Shown here one piece after another: positions 46,743 to 56,401 of a stretch of DNA of 64,000 bases. The translations under genes and the position numbers were made by a program. The stretch covers positions 32,161 to 96,160 of IMG/VR virus record IMGVR_UViG_3300040856_003829, one strand, 5' to 3'. Position 1 is the first letter of the stretch. Every line of letters begins with the position of its first letter. Origin of the DNA: a virus. The notes beneath the pieces are model-generated. The model saw only the letters and a list, made by a program, of their open reading frames with translations, ran no database searches and was not told where the DNA came from.

Positions 46743-47404
46743 TTTTTCAATATCATGTGATCATTGGTTAATGGTAAATCATTTTCATCAATTCTTTCAC
46801 CTATAAAACGACCTTCAGGATCCCTTTCGATTGGGAAGGGTCTTCCATTACCAAACTCATCATGAATTACCATATCATTTGTGTAACTTTCATAAACGGA
46901 TTTCAAAAACATTTGATCTGCTCCGTAACCTATTGGTTTTGACTCGTGCCATTTCGAAACCATATCGGTGAGAGGTAAAATTTTAGATTTTATTCCCCAC
47001 ATTCCACCTAAAATTCCAGGACGGTCGTTTCCATATGGAATCGCATGTGCAGGATGATCTCTCATTACATGGATTGATTTTCCACTGTCTATCCATTCGT
47101 CTACTGCCATTTTTTCCCTTATAGAAACTCTAGAATCACAATCCCTAAAGACAACATATTCACAGTCATCAATATCTGATGCTAAAAATCTCCAGAACAT
47201 ACCGTATAGATTTTTATCAGTAATGTCGATGGTCAATACATCTAGTTCATTTAATTTATCAATTGTTTCAGTTGGTACAGTATTATCATAATAAACTACC
47301 ATTTTCCACCCAGGATAAATATCCTGAATAATTTCAGCGTTTCTGATTGCCCCTTCATTATAAATTGTTTGTTTAGACCACAAACTAAAACTTACGTAAT
47401 TCAT
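46739..47404 (-). CDS. Putative GT-A glycosyltransferase-like protein
   Basis: SFSLW, YPGW, MFWRFL, FRDCDSR (DxD), MRDHP.H, GGMWG, DQ.FL. Confidence 0.55.
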   Translation of the reverse strand: MNYVSFSLWSKQTIYNEGAIRNAEIIQDIYPGWKMVVYYDNTVPTETIDKLNELDVLTIDITDKNLYGMFWRFLASDIDDCEYVVFRDCDSRVSIREKMAVDEWIDSGKSIHVMRDHPAHAIPYGNDRPGILGGMWGIKSKILPLTDMVSKWHESKPIGYGADQMFLKSVYESYTNDMVIHDEFGNGRPFPIERDPEGRFIGERIDENDLPLTNDHMILKK

Positions 47405-47409
47405 ATATA

Positions 47410-48084
47410 TTAATTTATAATATTCATTAATTTATATAAGTCATTCATTTGATTAAAATTCTTTACATAATGATGGGTAAAGAATTCAATAGGATTTATT
47501 ATATTGTTATATCTATCATCTAGAGTTTCAACCCCGATTCGGTCTTTTCCTTTTTCATCATGAGGATTGAATCTATCGTCATTGACAAATTTTATTTTAT
47601 TTTCTCTACAAAACATCCCTAAAGTCACGTCTGAATAACCAGTATCCAAAAACTTAATACCTTTTGATATATATTCAACCCTTTTTTTGTTGATTAAGTA
47701 ACCTGCACCACCAGAACAGTAATTTAAGAATGGGTCCTGGGAGTAATTTTGCATCACATGACCATGTATTTTGTTTTTATCAAAATTGTTCAAATTTGAT
47801 TCTAAAAGTTTTGTATTTACGAAAGTATCGTCATCACAGAAAAAAAACCACTCATATATTTGATAGAGTTTATGGGTATCAATTAACTTCCATACATTGA
47901 CATGTTTGTCTTCGTTAGATAAATAATCAGTTCTATTGGATACTTTAAATATTCTATTTTCAGGATCATGATGATCTGAGTAAAATAGATAGTTTTTACC
48001 TTGACCCCATGTATTAACTACGTTTTCCCATCTTTCAGGATTCATAGATCCATGTAAAATTACATAAAGTATATTATTGTTCAT
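47410..48084 (-). CDS. GT31 (Fringe / core-1 beta-1,3-galactosyltransferase-like) glycosyltransferase
   Basis: TWG, WFFFCDDDTFVN, YCSGGAGYLIN, DVTLGMF, THHYV. Confidence 0.8.
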   Translation of the reverse strand: MNNNILYVILHGSMNPERWENVVNTWGQGKNYLFYSDHHDPENRIFKVSNRTDYLSNEDKHVNVWKLIDTHKLYQIYEWFFFCDDDTFVNTKLLESNLNNFDKNKIHGHVMQNYSQDPFLNYCSGGAGYLINKKRVEYISKGIKFLDTGYSDVTLGMFCRENKIKFVNDDRFNPHDEKGKDRIGVETLDDRYNNIINPIEFFTHHYVKNFNQMNDLYKLMNIIN

Positions 48085-49498
48085 TATGTATCAGTTTTTC
48101 TATCATAATTTTTTTATCAACAACATGATCTTGCGTTCCGTGAGAGTCCATTTGGAAGTGGTGTATCATATCAGGTAAAACAAGTAATTTTTTATTTTTC
48201 ATATATGTAAAAAATGTAAGTGATCTTTCGTGTTGATGACCAGCAGTATTAGACTTTAAAATATCTGGCAATAATGGTAGGAACCAATTCATATACTGAT
48301 CAAAACATGATTTTTTAAAAATACTATTAGATGTTGAAGTCCAAGACATATTTGGATTGTCCTGTAAAGACCTACGTATTTCATCCTCCATATTTCTTTT
48401 GTAGACTTTACTAATGGATAAGAATAATTCACTTACCCACCTTGGATCATTTATGAAATGATGTTCATTACAAGGTCTGGGTAGAAATCTTATCATATCC
48501 ACACCATTTTCCATATGTTTTGGTAATTTTTGAAATGATTGATTATTGATAATTGTATCGTACTCCAAAAGACTTATATATTTTTTATTTGAAAGATTAT
48601 TCTTCCAAATAGCATACCAAGCGGTGAAAGAATTTATATTAGGATATTGTTCAATATTATGTTCTAAATTTCTACAAATAATAACATTTTCGTAAGATGA
48701 TATTTTTTCTATTGGACCTTTACCAACAAAAAGGTATTTTAAATTAGGTATACCATAATACTTTTCGTGTCTTTCATATTCAACTATTATATTTTCATCA
48801 TGTACGATAATAAATGTATCAAGATCATCAAAAGAATTTAAGTTCAAAGGTAATACATCAGAATATTTTTCACTAAAATCCAACCTTTTTTTATCCCACG
48901 ATTCATTAGTCTGTCCGACTGATAAATGGGTTACTCTAACCGCAGTTGTTATTCCTATATTCACCCCTTTTAAAAAATTCGGTACACAAAAATTCATATC
49001 GTAAAAGTGGAACCCATCAACACTCTCATCAAAATTTTCTTCAATTTTTGATTTTCTGACTACCATAAATAAACCATCAATCATGACAGTAGACTCTATT
49101 CTATTTTTTATTTCTCTAGAATACCTACTTTCCCACTTATTATTCTCGTTTTGATGATTTACAATACCATACATAGTTTCAGGTACTTCCCACCACATAC
49201 CACTTTCTGGTACATATTTTGAACCGGCTAATCCAATAATTCCATACTCTTCATTTTTTTTAATGACATTATTTAATTTGAAACCCCAATTTTTAGTTTC
49301 AAAGATTAAATCATCATGGATAAGTATAACCGTATCGAAACTAGCTTTTTCTAGAATGATATTATAAACTTCTGACAAAGAATGAGTCCCTTTGTTTTCA
49401 AAAGGTATAATCTCAACATTCTTAGGTCCTACCGTTTTTTTTATGTGTTGAATATACCCTTCATCAATTGATCGAGTAGAAAATCCTATTGTATACAT
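48074..49498 (-). CDS. Two-domain GT-A glycosyltransferase
   Basis: YNIIL...LIHDDL...GIIGLAG...IDGLF...FHFYD; second domain with LLEYD and HQHER. Confidence 0.7.
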   Translation of the reverse strand: MYTIGFSTRSIDEGYIQHIKKTVGPKNVEIIPFENKGTHSLSEVYNIILEKASFDTVILIHDDLIFETKNWGFKLNNVIKKNEEYGIIGLAGSKYVPESGMWWEVPETMYGIVNHQNENNKWESRYSREIKNRIESTVMIDGLFMVVRKSKIEENFDESVDGFHFYDMNFCVPNFLKGVNIGITTAVRVTHLSVGQTNESWDKKRLDFSEKYSDVLPLNLNSFDDLDTFIIVHDENIIVEYERHEKYYGIPNLKYLFVGKGPIEKISSYENVIICRNLEHNIEQYPNINSFTAWYAIWKNNLSNKKYISLLEYDTIINNQSFQKLPKHMENGVDMIRFLPRPCNEHHFINDPRWVSELFLSISKVYKRNMEDEIRRSLQDNPNMSWTSTSNSIFKKSCFDQYMNWFLPLLPDILKSNTAGHQHERSLTFFTYMKNKKLLVLPDMIHHFQMDSHGTQDHVVDKKIMIEKLIHNEQ

Positions 49499-49500
49499 TT

Positions 49501-50088
49501 TTAGTTACCTGTTGACCCGAAACCATTAGAGTTTCTATCTTTATCTTCTATCTTGTTCACTTTGACTAACTCTATTTCACCTCCTTGAATAACAGGACAA
49601 AGTACCGCTTGTGCGATTTTATCTCCGACACTCACTTGTTGAGTCTCGTTACTTAAATTTATAAGGATAACTTTGATCTCACCCGTATATCCTTGGTCTA
49701 CCGTACCCGGAGTATTTAAGACGGTCAATCCTTTTTTGTATGCCAAACCACTTTTAGGTCTTACTTGAATTTCATATCTATTAGGGATATCAATTCTTAA
49801 ACCTGTTGGTATTAATTTTCTTTCTCCAGGTAGAAGGGAGTGGTTTTCATTTGATCTTAAATCAAATCCTGAATCTGTATTGTAATGGTACATCGGTTCT
49901 GAATTATCAGAATCGAAACTATATTGTACTTCTAATTTTCTTTTGAATTCTTGATTAAACGTATTCTCTATTTCTTCCATGTCTAATCCTAACGAGTTAA
50001 TTAATTGTGTAGGATCAAACTCAAAATCTTCATTGGAAGAACTTAATGAATCCATAACTCGTTTTAATTCTTTAATCTTTTCAATCAT
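49501..50088 (-). CDS. dut: dUTPase with an N-terminal extension
   Basis: SGFDL, RPKSGLA, GTVDQGYTGEI, IAQAV, RNSNGFGSTG. Confidence 0.93.
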   Translation of the reverse strand: MIEKIKELKRVMDSLSSSNEDFEFDPTQLINSLGLDMEEIENTFNQEFKRKLEVQYSFDSDNSEPMYHYNTDSGFDLRSNENHSLLPGERKLIPTGLRIDIPNRYEIQVRPKSGLAYKKGLTVLNTPGTVDQGYTGEIKVILINLSNETQQVSVGDKIAQAVLCPVIQGGEIELVKVNKIEDKDRNSNGFGSTGN

Positions 50089-50786
50089 TTTAACTTATAA
50101 ATTTTTGTAATTATTTCTAATAAACTTTTAACATCTTCTTCACAGTATTTAGATATTTCATCTAACTTTCCATCATACCAATAATTTGAATGTACACTTT
50201 TACCTGTAACACTTCCCGTTTTGGGACTATCGAGTCCCATAGAAACACTCATTAGATCCAATGATGAAAGTCCATAGTTTGAATTAAATCCCCATAATTC
50301 TTTAGTGTCAATAGCTTTCATTTCCCACGGTTTTGTGGAATATGAAGGTAAGATTTTTGGAGGTTTTATAGAATTACTTAAAAACTTTTTTCCCAAATAT
50401 GGTATGTCAAAACTTTTTATATTATGACCACACAAATGAAATCCCAAATCAAAAACTTTATCTAAAAGATCTTTTATCTGCATAAGTAAATCTTTTTCAT
50501 TGTCATTTTTAAAAGTTTGGGTGTGTGTTTCCCCTTTAGGGGTTACAAATGAAAAACTTGCACAAACAATTTTTCCGAACTCAGGAACTAAAGCAGATTT
50601 GGATTCATAAACTTCATCACTGGTCATTCCATCAGTATCTGAATATTTTCTTTTGAACCAATCCATATAATTCATAAAAAGTCTATGATGTTCAGGATAG
50701 TTCTCTTCTAAACTATTCAAATCTGGTGTCATACCGACAGTTTCGATATCAAAGAATAAAATTTTATTTAAAGAGTGGTCTATCAT
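50085..50786 (-). CDS. PolB-type 3'-5' exonuclease (DEDDy)
   Basis: FFDIET, GHNIKSFDIP, YCEEDV. Confidence 0.88.
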   Translation of the reverse strand: MIDHSLNKILFFDIETVGMTPDLNSLEENYPEHHRLFMNYMDWFKRKYSDTDGMTSDEVYESKSALVPEFGKIVCASFSFVTPKGETHTQTFKNDNEKDLLMQIKDLLDKVFDLGFHLCGHNIKSFDIPYLGKKFLSNSIKPPKILPSYSTKPWEMKAIDTKELWGFNSNYGLSSLDLMSVSMGLDSPKTGSVTGKSVHSNYWYDGKLDEISKYCEEDVKSLLEIITKIYKLK

Positions 50787-51985
50787 TTTACTAAACTTTT
50801 ATATATTTCAGCCCTAACTTTAGTCATGTTATTTAGATCATATTTGTCTTTGACTGTTTCATATAGTCTTTCACCCAAATCTTCAACCCAAGAAGGATTA
50901 TCGATTAGTTTTTTCATAAATTTAGCCCAATCTCTAGGTCTTTTAGGATCAACAAGTAATGCATTACCATCAACAAAATTACCCTTATCTAAACTGTGTT
51001 TCAAATCTATAGTATACGGTCCATAATTTGATGCAATAATCGGTTTTTTGTAAAATCCTGCTTCGATGACTTTTAATTGAGACTTCATCTTATTAAAGAT
51101 GTGATCTTTGATAGGTGCGAGTGATACATCGAATTTAGAATAATTTTTTGCATAACTTGTCACAGGTAATGTCCAGACTCTTTTATATGATTGGTCATCA
51201 CCAGAATATTCTTCATTTACAAATTTGTGAAGGAATTCTTTATGATCTTCTTTTACGTGTTTAAAGTTGTTTGTTACAATTTTTTCATAGTCATACCAGA
51301 CAGTCTCTAATGGTTTAATGTCTCTAACCTTTTCTGTACCATCTGGACCTATTTCAGTTACTGAACCTCTAGTGTCAAATCCACATAGAACAAATCCAAA
51401 CTTGTCTTTTACACTATCTAACGTTGATATACCTGAAAGAAGTTGTATATCATGTAAGTGTGATGACCCACCTAACCATCCAAATCTTAAAACATCACTT
51501 TCTGTTGTTTTCTCATTAAATTGATCTTCATTTGGATCAATACAGTTTGGTAGTACGAAAACATTCTTATTAAATTTTTCTATTTCTTTTCTAAAAATAT
51601 CCGTTGTGGTCGTCACAAATTGCGCTAATTTTAAACTTTCCTGAATTCCTTTGTGAATTCCGTTTTTCATAACAATTGCGTGTGCTGGGTGTTCTTTTGT
51701 TGGTAACCAATAATCATCTAGATCACAAATAGTAATAATCCCTAATTGATTTAGTGTTTTAATAACACGCGCACTTTGATCCGGATTTCTAGTAATCGAT
51801 CGGTGGAAGTGAACTATTTGATATTTTTTCCAATAGTCGGGGTCATTAACTTGAGGATTGTAATCTATATCAACATTAAAATCATCACCATAAAGTTCTT
51901 GTAGTTTTGTATGTGGATCAACTGACCTAAATTTTCCGACTCCAGTAGTGTCAGAAGGCAGCACCAAAATATTAATCTTACTCAT
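50783..51985 (-). CDS. Glycosyltransferase (GT-B, GT4-like)
   Basis: DLDDYW, GWLGGSSH, DVSLAPI...FNKMKSQLKVIEAG...PIIASN..PY. Confidence 0.85.
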   Translation of the reverse strand: MSKINILVLPSDTTGVGKFRSVDPHTKLQELYGDDFNVDIDYNPQVNDPDYWKKYQIVHFHRSITRNPDQSARVIKTLNQLGIITICDLDDYWLPTKEHPAHAIVMKNGIHKGIQESLKLAQFVTTTTDIFRKEIEKFNKNVFVLPNCIDPNEDQFNEKTTESDVLRFGWLGGSSHLHDIQLLSGISTLDSVKDKFGFVLCGFDTRGSVTEIGPDGTEKVRDIKPLETVWYDYEKIVTNNFKHVKEDHKEFLHKFVNEEYSGDDQSYKRVWTLPVTSYAKNYSKFDVSLAPIKDHIFNKMKSQLKVIEAGFYKKPIIASNYGPYTIDLKHSLDKGNFVDGNALLVDPKRPRDWAKFMKKLIDNPSWVEDLGERLYETVKDKYDLNNMTKVRAEIYKSLVK

Positions 51986-52035
51986 TCATATACTTTTTTA
52001 AAGTATAGTAAAAAAAAAGTGTTAAGTAAAAAGTC

Positions 52036-52578
52036 TTATTTAATTTTTTTGATTTTTGTTACGACACCCTCGAATAAATGATTCCCTACTTTGAATACTA
52101 ACTTTTCTTTTGTGTCTTTACCCGATTCACTTAAAATTATCTTGTCAGACAATTCTTCTTTGATAACATCTTTTACAGTATCTCTGACTATATCTCGAAT
52201 CATATTTCTTAAATCGACGTCATTTTCTTTAATTTTTGATATTTGAGCTTGAGGTGACTTTTTATTTTGATTAATTAGTTTAGCAGCACCTTCAATTATA
52301 TCGTTACTAAGTGTGACACCACCTTGGTCTGGTTTTTGAATCGGATTATCAATCATAAGTTTTTTTATCTCATCAGGTAGGTTCGAACCCATAATTGAAC
52401 TTTCATTTAAGCTTTTACTCATCGGATCAACAGGAACATTTTTAGGTGCTTGATTTTCGTTAACAATATTTTGAGGTATATTATAGTTAGGTAAACCTTT
52501 TCCTGAGTTTGGAATACCTTCTTGAGCATCCATTATTTGTTTAGATATTGCTAATTTTTGCATTAATGATTGATCCAT
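52036..52578 (-). CDS. Hypothetical protein
   Basis: 180 aa; SNLPDEIKKLMIDNPI. Confidence 0.7.
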   Translation of the reverse strand: MDQSLMQKLAISKQIMDAQEGIPNSGKGLPNYNIPQNIVNENQAPKNVPVDPMSKSLNESSIMGSNLPDEIKKLMIDNPIQKPDQGGVTLSNDIIEGAAKLINQNKKSPQAQISKIKENDVDLRNMIRDIVRDTVKDVIKEELSDKIILSESGKDTKEKLVFKVGNHLFEGVVTKIKKIK

Positions 52579-52582
52579 GATT

Positions 52583-52963
52583 TTAGAATTTTGAGTTTAC
52601 AATGACACTATTCATACTGTTATCACCATTTGGGTTATAACCAGGTCTCATTTCTGAAAAGTTATCAAGAGTTGGTTTATATGTAAATATTTTATCTACT
52701 CTAAATAATCTCCATCCCGGTAAAGGTTGTTCACCAGTAGCGGCAGTGTGAGATGAACCCTCATAGTCCCATGCTCGCAAGACTAAATTATTTTTCTTAC
52801 TCCTACCTAGACAGACAGGTTCAATAGTTCTTAAACCCTTACCTCCCGGTTCATCCCCATCATACTGTATTTGTGTAATTATTTTATCTTTAATTGAGCG
52901 CTCAATATCAGAAACATTAGCAGCTTCTGTAATTAATAATTTTATAGTTTCAATTAACTTCAT
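52583..52963 (-). CDS. Stand-alone WYL domain protein
   Basis: IQY.......RTIEPVCLG......LRAW...GWRLFRVDKI. Confidence 0.75.
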   Translation of the reverse strand: MKLIETIKLLITEAANVSDIERSIKDKIITQIQYDGDEPGGKGLRTIEPVCLGRSKKNNLVLRAWDYEGSSHTAATGEQPLPGWRLFRVDKIFTYKPTLDNFSEMRPGYNPNGDNSMNSVIVNSKF

Positions 52964-53292
52964 ACGTTAGCCAAAGGTCTTGCATTACCACCACGTTCAC
53001 TAGTTACATAATAAGGATTACCAGAAGAATATCTGTTAACTTTTATTTCACTATTTCTTTCATTAATATCAGTCTTAGTACCACCTTTTTGATTGTATAT
53101 ATCTAAAAATTTGGAAGTACCTCTTCCAAGATCGTCTCCATCTGCAACCGCATCTGGATGTTGTGCAGAATATGATTCAGTTTCCGGAGAAAAGTCATTT
53201 CTAGGAAATAATTTACCACGTTCACCAGTGGCAATTCTAGTCAACTCATTATCTGGTTGTTCGAAATTCAATTTATCGTTTTGTTGTGCCAT
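52960..53292 (-). CDS. Hypothetical protein
   Basis: 110 aa; HPDAVADGDDLGRGT. Confidence 0.7.
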   Translation of the reverse strand: MAQQNDKLNFEQPDNELTRIATGERGKLFPRNDFSPETESYSAQHPDAVADGDDLGRGTSKFLDIYNQKGGTKTDINERNSEIKVNRYSSGNPYYVTSERGGNARPLANV

Positions 53293-53293
53293 T

Positions 53294-53674
53294 TTACAAA
53301 TTAATTAATTTATTTATTCTGTCTATTTGTTCAACTACTTGAACATTAACATCTAAGTTTCCTTCACCGTATTTTTTATTTTTTTTGGATTGATTCACGT
53401 CTTGTCTCAAAGAGTTAAGTGTGTTATCTACCCAGTTCTTACTTACTTCTCCTCCATTGAGAAGAAATGAATTATTATCTTCAGTATTTGAATCAAACCA
53501 GTTTTTCCATCTTTTCAAAGTTTGATAAGTTACAAAACCTTTTTCTCTGATTTCAATATTTCTATTGTGACCCTCTAGATTCGCATCGGACTTAATACTA
53601 TCAAAATTTGTCTTTAGTTGTGATAGAATTTTTTCTGGTACCCTAATTTTTCTATTGTAAAGTTCTTTATTCAT
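53294..53674 (-). CDS. Hypothetical protein
   Basis: 126 aa; TYQTLKRWKNWFD...LNGG....WV. Confidence 0.7.
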   Translation of the reverse strand: MNKELYNRKIRVPEKILSQLKTNFDSIKSDANLEGHNRNIEIREKGFVTYQTLKRWKNWFDSNTEDNNSFLLNGGEVSKNWVDNTLNSLRQDVNQSKKNKKYGEGNLDVNVQVVEQIDRINKLINL

Positions 53675-54353
53675 CTTTAATCATATTGATTAATTCATCC
53701 TGAGATAATCCTTCTGATTGTGCTAAGTTTTTCAAAGACCTTATATTTCTCTTTATTATGGATTCAATACCATCAGACATTTCAGAATCATCGTCTTCAG
53801 ATTTTTTAATAATCAAATCTTCAACCATCTTATTAATTTCTTCCATAGAGAACTTTTTCTCTTTTAATATCAATTCTTCTTTATCGTCTTGAAGTCCAAA
53901 TTCCTCTGCCCTATCTTCAGCATCATTTTTATCAAGACCTAATTTTTTATATAAAGTTTCAACAGTGTCATCGAAATCTAATTTTTTCCACGTCTCATCC
54001 CAACCAAAAGCTTTTGACATATCAATTTCTTTTGTTGTTTCTTCACCAACATAAGTCCTATATCCTCTAGTAAGGGGGTCTTGAGTTTGTCGAGTCGCAG
54101 CAACCGTTTGGTCCATAGTCTTACTAGGTGAGACTTGTGGGTCTAAAATTGGTATTGCCGAAGAAACCATTGTACCATCATAATCAATCAATTCATCAAT
54201 CTCTCCTTGAGGTTTATTTATAACTTTTTCAAGATCTGATTTATTGCCGCATGGTTTCCAAGCATTTTTTCTAACTCTATGTGATCCTTCACATCCTAGT
54301 TTTTTTGACTGTTTTTCAGCTAGATCCTTGCTTCTATATAAATGTGATTTCAT
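53667..54353 (-). CDS. Hypothetical protein
   Basis: 228 aa; LGCEGSH...WKPC at the N-terminus. Confidence 0.7.
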   Translation of the reverse strand: MKSHLYRSKDLAEKQSKKLGCEGSHRVRKNAWKPCGNKSDLEKVINKPQGEIDELIDYDGTMVSSAIPILDPQVSPSKTMDQTVAATRQTQDPLTRGYRTYVGEETTKEIDMSKAFGWDETWKKLDFDDTVETLYKKLGLDKNDAEDRAEEFGLQDDKEELILKEKKFSMEEINKMVEDLIIKKSEDDDSEMSDGIESIIKRNIRSLKNLAQSEGLSQDELINMIKDE

Positions 54354-54368
54354 TTAGATACTTTCTTA

Positions 54369-54394
54369 ATAAATACTTCTTTTAAACTATTTAT
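54369..54394. promoter_or_regulatory. Divergent pair of TATTTAT late-promoter motifs
   Basis: GTATTTAT (minus, 54369-54376) and CTATTTAT (plus, 54387-54394) at the strand-switch point. Confidence 0.6.
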
Positions 54395-54406
54395 CAAAAA
54401 AAAGAG

Positions 54407-56398
54407 ATGCCTAGTCAAAATATTAATAATTATGGTGCAAATAAATTTGATTTGCGTATTGATTACAGTAATTATTATGACATTACAATCGGTAATGATG
54501 AAAATGATTTTGATCAAGAAGTAGTTTTCGGAGGTAACATAATAGGATATGATGACGGTGATAGATTACCAATTAATATTGACTTAAATTCTTTTGCATG
54601 TTCTAATAAATCAGATATCCTTTGGAATGATAATCAATTGATACCTTACATATCTAGAAGTTATTTGAAAAAAGATAAGTCTGATGATTGTTATTCTGCT
54701 CAGACACTTTGTGATTTAGGTTTAACAGCCACAGATAATGGATTAGTAAATAAAGTTACTGGTGAAACTTTAACTTTCACTATGGGTGTTGATGAATCAA
54801 TTGAGATCTCACCTCTTCATTACACTAGAAAGTTTAAAATGAATAATGTTAGATCATTTGCAAACTACCCAAACTCTAGATTTAGTGGAAATACTAATAC
54901 TATCTATAATTTAGTGTCAAAAAACGCAGATAAAATCGGCTATTATAATGAATTATACGGAGGATTTTTCCAGGGATTTTATAAATTGTTCGGATATGAT
55001 TATGAAGTATTTCCTGAAAGGGTAAAAAAGGGTTGGACAATGGAGACCGTTTTGAAACCTAGACAAAGGCAAGAGTTCGATCTTCAAAAGGACGAATATT
55101 ATTTGAATGATCTTTATACCGAAAATTCTGGTACCTTTTTCTATATGGGGACTAGAAGTGAAAATAAATTCTATCATACATCTAGTGGTATGACAACATC
55201 CGGATCAACTTTTGATTGTGATAGAAACGAAATAATTTTTAGTGACGGGTTAACAGGTTTTTCGAAAGATACTAGATTCTTGAATGATGATTATGTGACT
55301 TGTGCCTGTTCAGACACAGGAGTAACTAATAGTGAATGTATTAGAATTTACCCGAATTCGGGTGACTCTAAAACTTTATCAAACACATATGATCCGGGTA
55401 TGGATGTTTATTCAAATGGATTATCAGTAAGATTCGAGGGTGACCCAATAAACCCTAAAGTATGTGTGAAATACTTAACAATCACAGGATCATGTGTTAA
55501 TGATGGGAATTGTGAAGATGATATAAACTATAGTTCAGGTTATTGTATTAATGAAATTTGTTCAGTTTCAGGAATATATGATAATTGTAATCTTATAAAG
55601 AATGAATGTAATCAGGCCAATACTGAAGAAAAATGGGTTATGATGAGTATCGTTTTTGAAAGAAAGGATTATATTGAAAATTGTGATCTATTAAATTTTG
55701 GCGGTCTAGGTAGTATTCGAAGACGTCTATATCAATCTGAAATTGAGGATAAGTACACAAACTTGATAAAACCCCCTCATACTGGTACTGGGGATACTGA
55801 GGAACATTCCAGAATAGTGACTTCAATGAATACTAAATGGTTGAGAGAAAAAGAAGAGAGAATAGGAAGTCTCAAGGTTTACGTTAATGGATATCATTTA
55901 ATGACCATTGAAGATTTCGAAGAGATTATACCAAGAGAATTAAAAACAGAAAAAGAAAAACAAATTGGGGTACCGTTTAACATATCATGGGGTGGTGGAA
56001 CACAAGGACTAAGAGAAAATATAATTCCGTTTAACACTGAGACGGTGAACGGTCCTTACATCCAAGATAAATTGTGTATGACAAATAACACACTTTCAGG
56101 AACTTCATACTCTTCAGTGACTACAAATATTTTAGCTGAGTCAACTTTTGGAGGATCATTCATGGGTGCCATATCTCAATTCAGAATGTATACTGAACCT
56201 CTGACCGCACCACAAATTCAACATAATTTTAGAGTTTTAAAAGATCGTTATGATTTATATGATTTCTGGTGTCTAGAATGTTTAGAATGTTTGACTGATT
56301 GTTTCTTCGATTATGAAACTTCCCAAGATATTTATGATTTCGATTTTGTAATAAACAAAGCATCATGTGTATTTGATGTTGAAATATATAATTTATAA
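54407..56398 (+). CDS. Virion protein with a LamG/concanavalin-like fold and Cys-rich insertions
   Basis: WTME, LKVYVNG, FMGAISQFRMY..PL...QI.HNF are LamG_3-type motifs. Confidence 0.65.
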   Translation: MPSQNINNYGANKFDLRIDYSNYYDITIGNDENDFDQEVVFGGNIIGYDDGDRLPINIDLNSFACSNKSDILWNDNQLIPYISRSYLKKDKSDDCYSAQTLCDLGLTATDNGLVNKVTGETLTFTMGVDESIEISPLHYTRKFKMNNVRSFANYPNSRFSGNTNTIYNLVSKNADKIGYYNELYGGFFQGFYKLFGYDYEVFPERVKKGWTMETVLKPRQRQEFDLQKDEYYLNDLYTENSGTFFYMGTRSENKFYHTSSGMTTSGSTFDCDRNEIIFSDGLTGFSKDTRFLNDDYVTCACSDTGVTNSECIRIYPNSGDSKTLSNTYDPGMDVYSNGLSVRFEGDPINPKVCVKYLTITGSCVNDGNCEDDINYSSGYCINEICSVSGIYDNCNLIKNECNQANTEEKWVMMSIVFERKDYIENCDLLNFGGLGSIRRRLYQSEIEDKYTNLIKPPHTGTGDTEEHSRIVTSMNTKWLREKEERIGSLKVYVNGYHLMTIEDFEEIIPRELKTEKEKQIGVPFNISWGGGTQGLRENIIPFNTETVNGPYIQDKLCMTNNTLSGTSYSSVTTNILAESTFGGSFMGAISQFRMYTEPLTAPQIQHNFRVLKDRYDLYDFWCLECLECLTDCFFDYETSQDIYDFDFVINKASCVFDVEIYNL

Positions 56399-56401
56399 AA
56401 A

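Noticed and set aside
39038-51985. Bacterial capsule/LPS locus or giant eukaryotic virus origin
   Set aside because: No flippase, polymerase or export genes; the cluster is co-oriented with gp55-like and baseplate genes in a T4-like genome
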